Origin: an uncultured Phycisphaerales bacterium
GTDB taxonomy: Bacteria > Planctomycetota > Phycisphaerae > Tepidisphaerales > Tepidisphaeraceae
Direction of reading: 5' to 3'
DNA length: 64,000 nt
Assembly (NCBI GenBank): GCA_963758525.1
Contig: CAVWVQ010000001.1
Span: 128,001 to 192,000 of the forward strand
Shown in pieces: positions 52,879 to 63,596 of this stretch (positions are counted from its first letter, which is position 1; every line of letters starts with the position of its first letter). The notes below the pieces were generated by a model. It had not been told where the DNA came from. It saw only the letters and a list, made by a program, of their open reading frames with translations, and made no database searches. The position numbers and the translations under genes are program-made.

Positions 52879-55285
52879 GCCGGGGAGTTCATCGCCGCGG
52901 TCCGGCCGGCGAGGCTTGCGACGACGGCCACGAGCTCAGCCGGCTCGACAGGCTTGGCGACGTGCGATTGATAGCCGGCGCGCACGCGCGGGTTCTGTCT
53001 TCAGATCTGGCGAATGCGGTCAGCGCCGCAGCCGGTGTGTGACCTCCCTGGGCGCCGGAAAGCTGGCGGACTTTGCGAATCAGCTCGTATCCGTCCTCGA
53101 ATGGCATCCCGATGTCGCTCACGAGCACCGCTGGACGCTTGCGCAGCAGGAGTTCCATGGCTTCGGCTGCGGACGAGGCGACGATCACGTCCGCCTTGCA
53201 TTCCTGGAGTACGCGGGCAACGAGATTGCGGGCGTCCTCCTCGTCGTCAACCACAAGCACAGACACGCCGGCAAGCGCATCGTGCTCACAAAACACCTCA
53301 GGCGTCTTGCCGTCCAACCGGCGCGGGTGTTTGCGATCCTTCGCAGGATCGCTCGCGAGAATCACCATCAGCGGCAGCGCGACGACAAACGTCGCTCCCA
53401 TCCCCTCTCCGGCACTATCGGCGCACACTCTGCCGCCGTGGAGCTCGACAAGATTCTTCACGATCGCCAGGCCAAGTCCGAGTCCTCCGTGCCGGCGGGT
53501 CGTCGTTGAGTCGGCCTGTCGAAACCGCTCGAAGACGTACGGAAGAAAGTCCGCTTTGATTCCTGCGCCGGTGTCGGTCACCGTAATCTCGACGTGGCTG
53601 TTGACCCGTTCCAGCGCAACCTGCACCTTGCCGCCTTTGGGCGTGAATTTGACGGCGTTTGACACAAGATTCCAGACCACCTGCTGGAGCCGGGCTGGAT
53701 CGCCGCGCACCGGCTCGATGTGCGTATCGACCACCTTTTCCAGCCGGATTTCCTTGGCCTCGGCGGCGGGGCGAACCGCCTCAATGGCGGCGTTGACGAC
53801 CTCGCCCAGATTCAGTTGCTGCACGTCGATCCGAAGTTTGCCGGAGATGATTCGGCTCATGTCGAGCAAGTCTTCGATGAGCTGCGCCTGCACTCGGGAA
53901 TTACGCTCGATGACCGCCAGTGCCTCGTCGAGCTCCGGGTCGTTCTGCTTGCGCCGGCGGAGAATCTGCGACCACCCGAGAATCGCATTGAGCGGCGTCC
54001 GCAATTCGTGCGACAGGGTCGCGAGAAACTCGTCCTTCAGCCGGCTCGCACGCTCGGCATCCGTTCGCGCCGCTCGCTCCGCGTCCAGCAGCCGTTCGCG
54101 CTCTTCCGCAGAACGTTTCTTGTCGGTGATGTCCTGAGTGACCCCTGTCAGCCGCACAGGCGTGCCATCAGTTGCACAGATCGGCCGGCCGCGGGCGAGG
54201 ATCCAGTGCCGGGTTCCGTCGGGCCAGATGACGCGCATTTCGGCCGCGAAGTCGTCCTTCCGTTCGATCGCACGTTCGGCTTCAACTCGGGTAGGCTCGC
54301 GATCTTCAGCAACGATCGCTTCCCACAGCATCGCATAGGTGAACGTCGCGCCGGGCAAAAGACCGAAGTGCGCCCGGCAACCATCGGAACAGGCCAGCTC
54401 GCCGGTCAGCAGGTCCACCTGCCATGTTCCCAACCGTCCCGCTTGCAGCGCCAGGGTTAGCTGCTCGCGGCCCTCGCGAAGCGCTTCCTCGGCGCGCTTC
54501 TGCTGCGAAATATCAGTGTTCGTCCCGAACCAGAGCACGATCTGGCCGTCATTTTTGAACGGCATTACCCTGGTCAGGAAGGGACGGAACGTTCCGTCGG
54601 CACCACGCAGCGGAAATGTCATGTCAAATGGGCGCCCGCTCGCGATCGACGCCTGCCATTCTTCCATCACGGCAGGAAGGACCTTTGGATCATGGACACT
54701 CTGCCAACCCCATCCCTCCATTTCGGATTGAGTGGTTCCGGTGTAGGCGTGCCAGCGTCGATTGTACCAGAAAATCCACCCGTCGGGGTTGGCCATCCAG
54801 GCGAGCTGCGGGATGAAATTGGCCATCGCCTCAAACCGATTCTGCACCTCGCGGATGGCATCGATCTGCTGGCGTATTAAATATTGCCGCTCCCGGCCTC
54901 TGACGGCCGCCTGCACGGCGCTGACCACCGAGCGCGTCGGCGCCGGTCGCTCCAGGAGCGTGACGTTGGTCAGAGAGCGGAGGACCCGGGCGGCCGCCGG
55001 CGCGCTCCGATCGCCTCGCATGAGCAGGACAACGGGAATGTCCGACCAGGCTGGCTGCGCTTCCAATTTCGCGAGCAGCGCGTCCAACCCTCTGGCGCCA
55101 AAGGCCTCGTCGGTCAGAATGATCGCACCGACTCCTGCATCGATTTCGCAAGTGAGCTGCAGAAGGTCGGGGCAGACGATGCAGTGCAGGCTCTCCGCGG
55201 CCAGCAAAGACCGCGTGATCTCGCCATCTCGGGCCGTCGCCGCCGCCAGCAGCACACGCGTTTCTGAGTCTGATCGCACGCTCAA
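52875..55285 (-). CDS. Hybrid histidine kinase (pseudo-receiver, 2 PAS, HisKA, HATPase, REC); frameshift near 52985
   Basis: SHELRTPL, NAVKFT, GLGLGL, VSDIGMP; shifted tail AGYQSHVAKP. Confidence 0.9.
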
Positions 55286-56793
55286 AGCCCTCGGGTCGGA
55301 CTCGCAAGAGAGGCCGGGGACTGGGATGAAGACTCGACGGGTACGCCGGTCAGGATTCCCCGGAACTGCGTTAGCGGATCGCTGAGATGGATGCCGTTCC
55401 CGTCAAAACGCAATTCACGGATGCTTTCTTCGTGCGCGCCGCTTCGCTTTTTCAAAACAGAGATCGCCTTTTTCACTCTTCCCGCGTATTCGAAGTAGCG
55501 GAAAAGCACGACCGAGTCCGCCAGATAACTGGTGTCGACGGGCGACTGCATGGTCGTTCCCAGCATGCCGTGCTGAGCAACCACCATCAGCGTCGTCACT
55601 CCGCGCCGGCCAAGATACGACAGCACCTCGTGCAGCTGCGCGGTCAAGAACCGCTCGTCCGGCATCGCGTGCATGTAGCCGTTCAGGCTGTCGATGACGA
55701 TCACGCGGGCGTGATCATTTTCAACGGCCTGTCGAATCCTGAATGCGAATTCTCCCGGCGACAGCTCTGCCGGATCCACCTGATGGATGCGAACCTCGCC
55801 CGACTTGCTCCCTTCGAGCAATTTAGTGCCGAGCGCTTCCGTTCGAGCCTCAAGAGTCGCGAGGCTTTCGTCAAACGCGAAGATCACGGCATGATCGCCG
55901 CGCGCGGCCGCCGCAATCGCGTATTGCACCGCGATCGTCGATTTGCCCGATCCGGCAGGCCCCATGAGCAGCGTGCTCGTGCCACGCTCCGGTCCGCCGC
56001 CCAGCAGAGCATCGAGGGCCGTCACTCCGCTCTTGATGCCTCCGCGCTGGAAGGGTTCGTGGTGCTCGGAGGCGATCAGCCGGGGGAACACTTCCAGCCC
56101 GCCGCGCGCGATTGAAAAATCGTGGAAGCCGCCGCGATATTCGGTCCCTCTGAACTTCACCACCCGCAGCCGACGACGAGAAGCGCCATAGACGGGCGAG
56201 AGCTGCTCGAGGTTTACGACGCCGTGCGCAATGCTTTGCAGTTGCAGATCAGAGTCGTCCGATGTGCGGTCGTCCAGGAGAAGCACCGTGCATTTGCGGC
56301 CGATGAAGAACTGTTTCAATGCCAGAATCTGGCGCCGGTAACGCAGTGAACTCTGCGCCAGCAGCCGCAACTCCGACAGCGAATCGAATACCACCCGGGC
56401 CGGGTTAATGTTCTCGACCACCTGGAGGACTTTGCGGGTCGTCTCTGTCAATTCGACCTCGGACGGGTGATACATCGTCACCTGCTGAGCGATGTCCAGA
56501 TCGCGCTCATCGGCGATGAGTTGCATGATCTCGATGCCGTCCAGCGACCACCCGTGGGACGTGGCACTGGCAAGCAGTTCTTCCTTGGTTTCCGACAGCG
56601 TAATGTAAAGACACTTCTCGCCGTGTTTGCTGCCCTCGATGAGATATTGCAGTGACAGCGTGGTTTTGCCCGAACCGGGATCTCCTTCGATCAGATAGAG
56701 GCGATGCTGAATGAATCCACCGTGCAGAATATCGTCTAATCCGACGATGCCAGTCTGAGACCGTTCCGTGCTCGGCACCCGGGCCTTCCTCAT
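55282..56793 (-). CDS. KaiC-like double RecA-fold ATPase
   Basis: Walker A GDPGSGKT and GPAGSGKS, DSL Walker B regions, KFRG/KKR. Confidence 0.9.
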   Translation of the reverse strand: MRKARVPSTERSQTGIVGLDDILHGGFIQHRLYLIEGDPGSGKTTLSLQYLIEGSKHGEKCLYITLSETKEELLASATSHGWSLDGIEIMQLIADERDLDIAQQVTMYHPSEVELTETTRKVLQVVENINPARVVFDSLSELRLLAQSSLRYRRQILALKQFFIGRKCTVLLLDDRTSDDSDLQLQSIAHGVVNLEQLSPVYGASRRRLRVVKFRGTEYRGGFHDFSIARGGLEVFPRLIASEHHEPFQRGGIKSGVTALDALLGGGPERGTSTLLMGPAGSGKSTIAVQYAIAAAARGDHAVIFAFDESLATLEARTEALGTKLLEGSKSGEVRIHQVDPAELSPGEFAFRIRQAVENDHARVIVIDSLNGYMHAMPDERFLTAQLHEVLSYLGRRGVTTLMVVAQHGMLGTTMQSPVDTSYLADSVVLFRYFEYAGRVKKAISVLKKRSGAHEESIRELRFDGNGIHLSDPLTQFRGILTGVPVESSSQSPASLASPTRGL

Positions 56794-56934
56794 CTTCGCG
56801 TCCTTCGAAATGAGCCCTCAAACTTCCTGCCGCTGCTGATATCATTTGCCGTAAAAACACGGAACGGCAAAAATCGCACGGCGTGCGTGGCTCGCCGCCG
56901 ATTTTGGGTGAGAATGGCCGCGCGATGGCAGGCT

Positions 56935-57243
56935 TGCGACTCGTCGACATCGCACTCGACAGCATTCCATATGCGGGCGGCGCAACAACTTGCGACGCGC
57001 TCGGGATGGGTCTTCCGGTCATCAGCGTGGTGGGAACAGCGGCGTTCGCGCGTGGCGGGCTCAGCATTTGGTCAAATCTTGGGCTGCCGGAATTTGCAAC
57101 CGCGTCGCAAGAGGTACGTGTGGTTCAACTGGCCCAAGACCAGCCCCCTCTTTCGCAATTGCGCAACTCTGCGAAGCCGCCTGCGGCGGTCGGCAATCAT
57201 GACCGACCGGGACTTTGCTAGGGATGTTGAACGGAACTTCTGA
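56935..57243 (+). pseudogene. C-terminal fragment of O-GlcNAc transferase (GT41/SPINDLY-like)
   Basis: VDIALDSIPYAGGATTCDAL.MG.PV...G...RGG.S...LGL.E; tail LR.RL..S..D...FARDVE in another frame. Confidence 0.65.
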
Positions 57244-57349
57244 TCCATGATTAAATGGTTGCATACGGCTGCGGGAAAGATGTAGGCTGATGCATATTGG
57301 GGTGAGCCATCATTTCCGCAGCAGATCTTGCGGCGTAGAATAGGACAAT

Positions 57350-57994
57350 ATGGCGGTACGAATTATTCTTGTCGACGATCATCACATTGTGCGCCAGGGG
57401 CTGCGGACGCTGGTTGGTTCGCACGCCGATTTCGAATTAGTGGGGGAAGCCGGCAATGGTCGCGAGGCGGTGCGCCTTGCGCGGGAGTTGAGCCCGGATG
57501 TGATCGTGATGGACATCTCCCTGCCCGAGCTCAACGGCGTCGATGCGACGCGCCAGATTCTGGCGATCGTTCCATCGGTTAAAATTGTCGCGCTCAGTGC
57601 ACATATCGATAGCCGCATGGCGTCCCACATGATCCACGCCGGGGCGCATGGATTGGTTCCAAAAGATGCGGCATTCGAGGAGTTGCAGCGGGCAATTCGC
57701 GTTGTCATGACGGGGAAAATCTATGTGAGCCCGCAACTGCGAGTACAGATCGACACGACGTCGCCGGCATCGGCGCGGAACAACGGCGGGGTCTTCAGCA
57801 AAATTACTTCTCGTGAGCGTGAGGTGCTGCAGTTGATGGCCGAGGGAAAATCAACAAAGCAGATTGCCTCCGACTTGTCGTTGAGCGCGAAGACCGTGGA
57901 AACCCACCGTCGGCAGTTGATGGGGAAGCTCGGGCTCGACAACGTCGCGGAGTTGACCAAATACGCCGTTCGAGAAGGACTGACATCGCTGTGA
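57350..57994 (+). CDS. NarL/LuxR-family response regulator
   Basis: LVDDH, VMDISLP, TSREREVLQL HTH. Confidence 0.92.
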   Translation: MAVRIILVDDHHIVRQGLRTLVGSHADFELVGEAGNGREAVRLARELSPDVIVMDISLPELNGVDATRQILAIVPSVKIVALSAHIDSRMASHMIHAGAHGLVPKDAAFEELQRAIRVVMTGKIYVSPQLRVQIDTTSPASARNNGGVFSKITSREREVLQLMAEGKSTKQIASDLSLSAKTVETHRRQLMGKLGLDNVAELTKYAVREGLTSL

Positions 57995-58055
57995 GAACTC
58001 GCCGCTCCGTCGAAACTTTGCCTGGCGTATTCTGCAGCACCCCGAACGGCGAGGA

Positions 58056-58295
58056 TCAGTGAGCGGACTGAATGGAGCGGAATACCGGCAGCAACGCCAC
58101 CAGGCGATGCTTCCGCCAGATGTCATTCAGTTCCCGATCGTCGGCATGATGAACCCGGCAGGAGGCTCCGTGGTGCGGACCCACAAAGGCGCAAGTGCGA
58201 TCGCGGGCCACGAAGAGCACTTGGTCCCCAAGATCAAAGCGGTCAAGTTCTGAGGACGTGTAATCTTTCCACGGTGTGGTAAATCCAGTAGTCAT
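58056..58295 (-). CDS. Small hypothetical protein
   Basis: ORF with protein-like composition only. Confidence 0.35.
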   Translation of the reverse strand: MTTGFTTPWKDYTSSELDRFDLGDQVLFVARDRTCAFVGPHHGASCRVHHADDRELNDIWRKHRLVALLPVFRSIQSAH

Positions 58296-58440
58296 GGCGT
58301 TGATATCCGAATTTGACAAGCCGCTTTTCTCCCTGAGGGAAAGTTAGCAAGCATCTTTTGTTCTGAATAGTCGGGAAGTCCCTGATTTTGTATGAGCATT
58401 TGATTGAACTCTGATGAAGACTATTTGCAGGAGTGAAACT

Positions 58441-59436
58441 ATGTCGGCGCGCTCGACGTTTCTACCGCGGCTGAGTTTGGGGCTGCCCCTTTTGATGTTT
58501 TGCGCGTTGACCATGGGCGATCAGGACAAGGTTCTGCAGTTCAAGAGCGCCCTCAAGACACAGATCAAAGGGAAGGATCATCTGGTCGTGCTCTCGAACC
58601 TCCCGCGCGGCCGCACAGCGCGGTTGGTCGTCGCCAATGCCGACCCTGCGGGGCCGTACGCTCCCGTACCCGATCAGGCGCAACTGATCCAAGGCCTCAA
58701 GCCAGGCGACTTGATTCAAGCTTCCTGGGACACGGCCGGCACCGTCAATACCATCAGCGCCATTGCCCGCTACACGCCCAAGCCGGGTGAACTGATGCCC
58801 AACGGCTACATCTTTGTCAAAGCGGAGCAGAAGGATAAATCAGACGATCTGAACATCGTGCTGAACAAGCTCGGCGAGATTACCAATGCGACTGTCGCTG
58901 CCGAGAAAGATGAGAACGGTGATGTCCGACACGACGCATTCATCCAGACCACTCTGGACAGCCTGCATCAAGGGGATTCGGTGTGGGCCGATCTAACGAC
59001 AGAGGCATCTCCGACCGTGATCGCGATGCTTCCGTACACCGACCCCGCTGCCGGGAAGCTGGTGAAAATCGACACGACCGACCTCAACGGCCAGCGCGTC
59101 GCGACAGTGCAGATCGACGCTGGCGGTACAGCAATCTCGGCGATCATTCCCGGCAAGCTCGTCAAGGGCAAATGGGTCGTCAATTCCCGGCTCATCGCCG
59201 CCGCCCACCGCTGCAAGCCGGGCGCACCCATTCTCTATCGAGTCCAGAGCGATGGCTCGGGAACGTGGCTGCGCGATATCCAGCCGCAAGCGCAGCCCAA
59301 CCAGCCCGTCGCCCGCCAGGGAAACCAGGACAACGGCAGCAACGTCGACGCCAACGGCGTTCCCAAGGGGCGAACCATCGGCGGAGCCGGCCTGGTCCCG
59401 GGCGTCGGCGGCGGAATCGGAATCGGAGGGTTCTAA
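58441..59436 (+). CDS. Exported hypothetical protein with three beta-rich repeats
   Basis: Signal peptide; repeats ending LKPGD, LHQGD, CKPGA; AGGAG RBS. Confidence 0.65.
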   Translation: MSARSTFLPRLSLGLPLLMFCALTMGDQDKVLQFKSALKTQIKGKDHLVVLSNLPRGRTARLVVANADPAGPYAPVPDQAQLIQGLKPGDLIQASWDTAGTVNTISAIARYTPKPGELMPNGYIFVKAEQKDKSDDLNIVLNKLGEITNATVAAEKDENGDVRHDAFIQTTLDSLHQGDSVWADLTTEASPTVIAMLPYTDPAAGKLVKIDTTDLNGQRVATVQIDAGGTAISAIIPGKLVKGKWVVNSRLIAAAHRCKPGAPILYRVQSDGSGTWLRDIQPQAQPNQPVARQGNQDNGSNVDANGVPKGRTIGGAGLVPGVGGGIGIGGF

Positions 59437-59506
59437 GCGCAGTCTCATCGCCCCCTGGACGCCTACGCAGCTGTAGGTTCTTGATTTCCTCAACCCGATT
59501 TCAGGA

Positions 59507-60754
59507 CTACTGCGCCGTCATCCCCTTCACACACACCAACTGCGCATACGTCCGCGCGAACAAACACCCGTCGGCAATCGCCGGCGTGCTGTGACACTTC
59601 TCACCCAGCTCGGTTCTGCCCAGCAGTCGATAATGATCCGATGCCGACAGGGCGATAACCGATCCCTTTTTGGTCGTGCAGAAGAGCATGTCGCCGGCGC
59701 AGACGGGGGAGCTGTAAAAGCTTCCGCCGATCCGTTGTTGCCAGACGACGGCGCCGGTGGAAGCCCGGCAGCAGGAGAGATTGCCGCCGTCGGTCAATAC
59801 AAAGAGGAGGTCGCCGCGAAGCAGGGGGGTCGGAACGTAAGGCGCGCCGGCAGTGATCTTGTAGGCGACCTGTGCTCCCGCGCCAGCATCGGCCGGCGCA
59901 CGGGCGGCGACCAGGACGTGGCCGCCGGAGCCTTCGCCGCAGGTTGCGAAGATGAGCCCGTCGCCGGCGACGGGAGAGGAAATCGTTCGTGAGTTGAAAA
60001 CATTGGGAAGGGCCCACTCCACTTTGCCGGTTTGCGGATCAACCGCCGTCACTCCCTCGCCCTTGCTGGTGAAGACCGCCAGCGGCGACGCGCCGTCGCG
60101 GGAGAGAAGCACGGGCGTTGCCGCGGAGAAGCTCTGGCTGTTGCGTTTGAGCTTCCAGAGGATCCTGCCGCTGGAGCGGTCGATGCCGAAAAGAAAACTT
60201 TCGCGCCCCTCCTGATCGTCGCCGAGGAGAACGACATCGCCGACCACGATCGGCGAGTTGCCGCCCCCATGCTGGCTGATGAACGGGCCCAGATCGTCTT
60301 TCCAGAGTTGCTTACCGTCGTGGTCAAACGCGAAAAGCGTAAATTCCTCCGGCGTGTTCCAGCAGACATACACGCGATCGGCATCGACCGCCGGCGTCGA
60401 GCTGGCGTAGCTGTTGTCCTGATGCTGGTGAAACAAATGCGTCGGAAACTTGCTTTGCCAGAGCGTTTTCCCATCAGACGCCGAGATGCCCAGCACGCTG
60501 CGCTCGGCCGTCGCGTCATCCGCGCAGGTGATAAACAGCCGATCGCCCCACAACACCGGCGAAGAATGTCCGCCGCCCGGCAGGGTGATTTTCCAGCGAT
60601 AATCTTTTTCGGTCCACGTCGCGGGGATCTTCGTCGAGGAATTGATGCCGCTTCCGTTCGGGCCGCGAAAGCGGGTCCACTCCTGCGCACGAGTGGCGCT
60701 GGAGGCCAGAAACATGATCATCAACGCAGGACAGATGCGGGAGGTGATTCGCAT
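59507..60754 (-). CDS. PQQ-type beta-propeller (BamB-like) protein
   Basis: WTRFRGPNGSG, HSSPV, G...W repeats, SSP, STPA. Confidence 0.88.
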   Translation of the reverse strand: MRITSRICPALMIMFLASSATRAQEWTRFRGPNGSGINSSTKIPATWTEKDYRWKITLPGGGHSSPVLWGDRLFITCADDATAERSVLGISASDGKTLWQSKFPTHLFHQHQDNSYASSTPAVDADRVYVCWNTPEEFTLFAFDHDGKQLWKDDLGPFISQHGGGNSPIVVGDVVLLGDDQEGRESFLFGIDRSSGRILWKLKRNSQSFSAATPVLLSRDGASPLAVFTSKGEGVTAVDPQTGKVEWALPNVFNSRTISSPVAGDGLIFATCGEGSGGHVLVAARAPADAGAGAQVAYKITAGAPYVPTPLLRGDLLFVLTDGGNLSCCRASTGAVVWQQRIGGSFYSSPVCAGDMLFCTTKKGSVIALSASDHYRLLGRTELGEKCHSTPAIADGCLFARTYAQLVCVKGMTAQ

Positions 60755-60815
60755 TACACCATTGTACCTGATGGGGGAACGGTCGTTGTGAAAAGGGCCT
60801 GGGTGCCTTGATGTC

Positions 60816-60958
60816 GGGTGTGGCGCTCGAAAGTGGCGATCGGCTCCGAGTAGGGCGGGATTCATCCCGCCGATTTGTTGGCCGGCTGAGAAAACGGCGG
60901 GATGAATCCCGCCCTACGATCGCAAAATCTGCAATCGCCACAAATAAAAGTTACACCC
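60816..60958 (+). mobile_element. 143-bp MITE copy 3
   Basis: Perfect 8-bp TSD TTGATGTC on both sides. Confidence 0.9.
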
Positions 60959-60970
60959 TTGATGTCACAT

Positions 60971-61027
60971 TTGTGGTGCAGGCTTCCAGCCTGCCTCTGG
61001 TGAGCAGGCTGGAAGCCCGCACCACAA
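60971..61027. repeat. REP-like inverted doublet (GTGG type)
   Basis: TTGTGGTGCAGGCTTCCAGCCTGC...GCAGGCTGGAAGCCCGCACCACAA. Confidence 0.8.
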
Positions 61028-61062
61028 CGTCCGCAACTCCAACGTTTCGAACTGCCCGAAGT

Positions 61063-62265
61063 CTACACCGAACCCGCACTGGCAGCAGGCGCGACGGACT
61101 CAATCGGGCCCGATTGACGCACCAGATCGATTCCCCGGGCGACGGCGTACTCCAGGTCCGGGCAGATGTTTTCGAGGCGCATGATGCTGTCGATCTGAGC
61201 GTCGATCAACATGCGGTATTGTCGCGGCGTGATGCCGGAAAGCACCAGCCGCCGACCGCTGCGGCGCAGACCGGCGATGGCCGATTTAAGATCGAGGACG
61301 GCATTTGCATCCAGGCGGGTCAGCGGACTCAGTGCCAGAATAATCACCCGCCATCGCCGGGGGATTCGCGATGCCCAAATCTCGAAATCCGGGGCGCGGT
61401 GCATCTGCCGATTGCTTCGACAGGAAACCCGCCAGATCCCCAGCTCAGGAGGAAGCAGTGATTTGAGGATGCCCAACATTTTCAACTCCGGATCGCCCAA
61501 CAGATCCATCTCGCGTACGTCGGCGATCGGCGTGCGCCAGTCGACCAGAAAGATCCAGACAAGAAAACCGATCGGAAGCGCCAGCGCCACTTCGCCAAAT
61601 TTCAGATAGCAGGCTGTCCCGATCCCAGCGCCCAGCAGGAACGATCCGAAAATGCTCGCCAGCAGCGCCACGCGCCCGAGGCTGGGGTGACGCTGAGAGA
61701 CGCGAAGCACGCGACCGGCACGCTGCCACCGCCAGGTGCGCAGCCGATCCCAGAGCCACAGGCAAAATGCGACGCCTTCCAGCCCGAGATCGGTGGTGAC
61801 GCCGGTCAGGTGCGTGGTGCGGACCACAGCGCCGGAGATCTTGGTGATGGTGGCGTTCTGCAGGCCCATCGCCAGCGAGGCCAATCCGGCCGTGAGGTAC
61901 AGTCCGCCAAGAGAGTGGTGTCGATGCGCGTGCAGGGCGATGGTGAAGAACGTGAGCAATAGCGCTTCAGCCATCATCGGCGGGATGTACTTCGATGCCA
62001 TTCCGCGGCGCTTCGCGGTTTCGGTCATGAGCGCCGATGCGATCGCGCCGAAAAGAAACATGCCCCAGAGATATCCGGCAAAGAGCGCGCCGCGCAGGTC
62101 GCCGCTGATGAGATGGTGTCCGATCAGTGTGGCGGTGCCGGTGACGTGGGAAACGAACGACCCGCACGCCATGAACGCGATGACATTGGTGTATCCGCCC
62201 ACCCACGACAGAGAGATCGCCAGGCGTGATTTCTGACGGAATGAGTAGGCGCTGGCGGAAAGCAT
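61063..62265 (-). CDS. YoaK/DUF1275 membrane protein with C-terminal STAS-like domain
   Basis: GGYTN, SHVTG, AMGLQNA, VRTTHLTG..TD; tail IILAL..L..LDA.A..L..G.RLVLSG. Confidence 0.82.
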   Translation of the reverse strand: MLSASAYSFRQKSRLAISLSWVGGYTNVIAFMACGSFVSHVTGTATLIGHHLISGDLRGALFAGYLWGMFLFGAIASALMTETAKRRGMASKYIPPMMAEALLLTFFTIALHAHRHHSLGGLYLTAGLASLAMGLQNATITKISGAVVRTTHLTGVTTDLGLEGVAFCLWLWDRLRTWRWQRAGRVLRVSQRHPSLGRVALLASIFGSFLLGAGIGTACYLKFGEVALALPIGFLVWIFLVDWRTPIADVREMDLLGDPELKMLGILKSLLPPELGIWRVSCRSNRQMHRAPDFEIWASRIPRRWRVIILALSPLTRLDANAVLDLKSAIAGLRRSGRRLVLSGITPRQYRMLIDAQIDSIMRLENICPDLEYAVARGIDLVRQSGPIESVAPAASAGSV

Positions 62266-62558
62266 GGATTTGACGTAAGCCCCGATCGTTTTGGCCCGAT
62301 CGCGACGGTCAGCTATCTTATCGACAGATCGGCTTTATTGGACGACAACGTGGGTATTATGGTCGGTGTATTGCAATTGCCGATAACATCTTTCGCCACC
62401 GGGCGCAACTCGCGGAATCAGCGGACGCGGATCGAGGATCATCAAAGGTTCACATTTCGCAACGATCTGATCCGCTGTGACGGGGCGGCATTTTTCTGTC
62501 AGAGCGTCGGACGCGACGAAGCGTTGGCTGTGATCACGCGGTATACTGCCTGCATCTC

Positions 62559-63515
62559 ATGTTGCTTCAGACCAACAGTTACGTGGTGCCAAAAGACAAA
62601 CGCAGCGAGCATGCGCGGCTCGTGCGCCGCTTCCGCCAGTCGCTGGCCAGGCTGGGCTGCGAGCACTTCGAGGTCTACGAGCAGGTCTCGCAGAACTGGA
62701 GCGGCCAGGATGCGGGCGGGCGATATGTCCAGATCATGCGCTTCCGCGACCGCCGTCATCAGATGGAAGTGCAGGCGGCCGAACGCTCCGACCCGATGGC
62801 GCAGGCATTGATTCAGGAATTTTGCGAGCTGATCAATTTCCCCTTTCAGCAGCAGCAGGGTTTGTTCGCGGTGGGATTTTACAACAGCGTGCTCCCAGCA
62901 GTCTCGTCGCGCGAGCCGGATGCGCCGGGCGAAGCCGCTCCCCCGACGGCCGACGCCGACGCTGCGGAAGAATCTCCCGCGGTCGCGCCCCTGCCCGAAC
63001 CGCCGCCAAGGCGTGCCAACGGCCGGGGCGGCTTGCCGCCGCGCAGCGGTTCCGCAGCGCCGCGGCCCGCGGTTGCCCCGATCTTCTTCGAGAACGCCGT
63101 CGCCGAGCCGGCCCCATCGCCTCCCGGTCCGAAGCTGAACGCCGACGAATTTGATTCGGGGATTACCGATCTGTCCGACTCGCATCTGATGCAGCTCGAT
63201 TTGCCTGCCGCGGAATCCGACGAGGCCGGGGCTAAAATTCCTTCTGAGTCCGCAGAGCCCGCCGAGTCGCACGACAGCCCCGCCGCAATCGACCGTGCCG
63301 AGCCGCACTTTCTCGATGAGGATGACGAGCCGGGCCCGCCGCACGATCATCTCGAAGGGCGCGATGAAATTGAGCCGCACACCGACGGTGACGTGCATCG
63401 GCGCGACGCCTCCGCAACGCACTCTCACATGCGTCTGGTGCAGGATGATTCGAGCGAAGAATCAAACGTGGAGCTGTTTGAGCGCGACGAGCCGGTGAGT
63501 CCATTTGGAAATTAA
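62559..63515 (+). CDS. Hypothetical protein: ferredoxin-like alpha/beta N-domain plus acidic Pro-rich tail
   Basis: Ordered first 110 aa, low-complexity remainder. Confidence 0.6.
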   Translation: MLLQTNSYVVPKDKRSEHARLVRRFRQSLARLGCEHFEVYEQVSQNWSGQDAGGRYVQIMRFRDRRHQMEVQAAERSDPMAQALIQEFCELINFPFQQQQGLFAVGFYNSVLPAVSSREPDAPGEAAPPTADADAAEESPAVAPLPEPPPRRANGRGGLPPRSGSAAPRPAVAPIFFENAVAEPAPSPPGPKLNADEFDSGITDLSDSHLMQLDLPAAESDEAGAKIPSESAEPAESHDSPAAIDRAEPHFLDEDDEPGPPHDHLEGRDEIEPHTDGDVHRRDASATHSHMRLVQDDSSEESNVELFERDEPVSPFGN

Positions 63516-63596
63516 GACCCCTGAGGATGGTCCGCACGGCGGCTTCGAGGCGTGCGAGCGGACCCTGCGCAGCCCTCACGATTCACGTCAAAGATG

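Noticed and set aside
55282..56793. Circadian clock
   Set aside because: No kaiA/kaiB and non-canonical phosphosite pair
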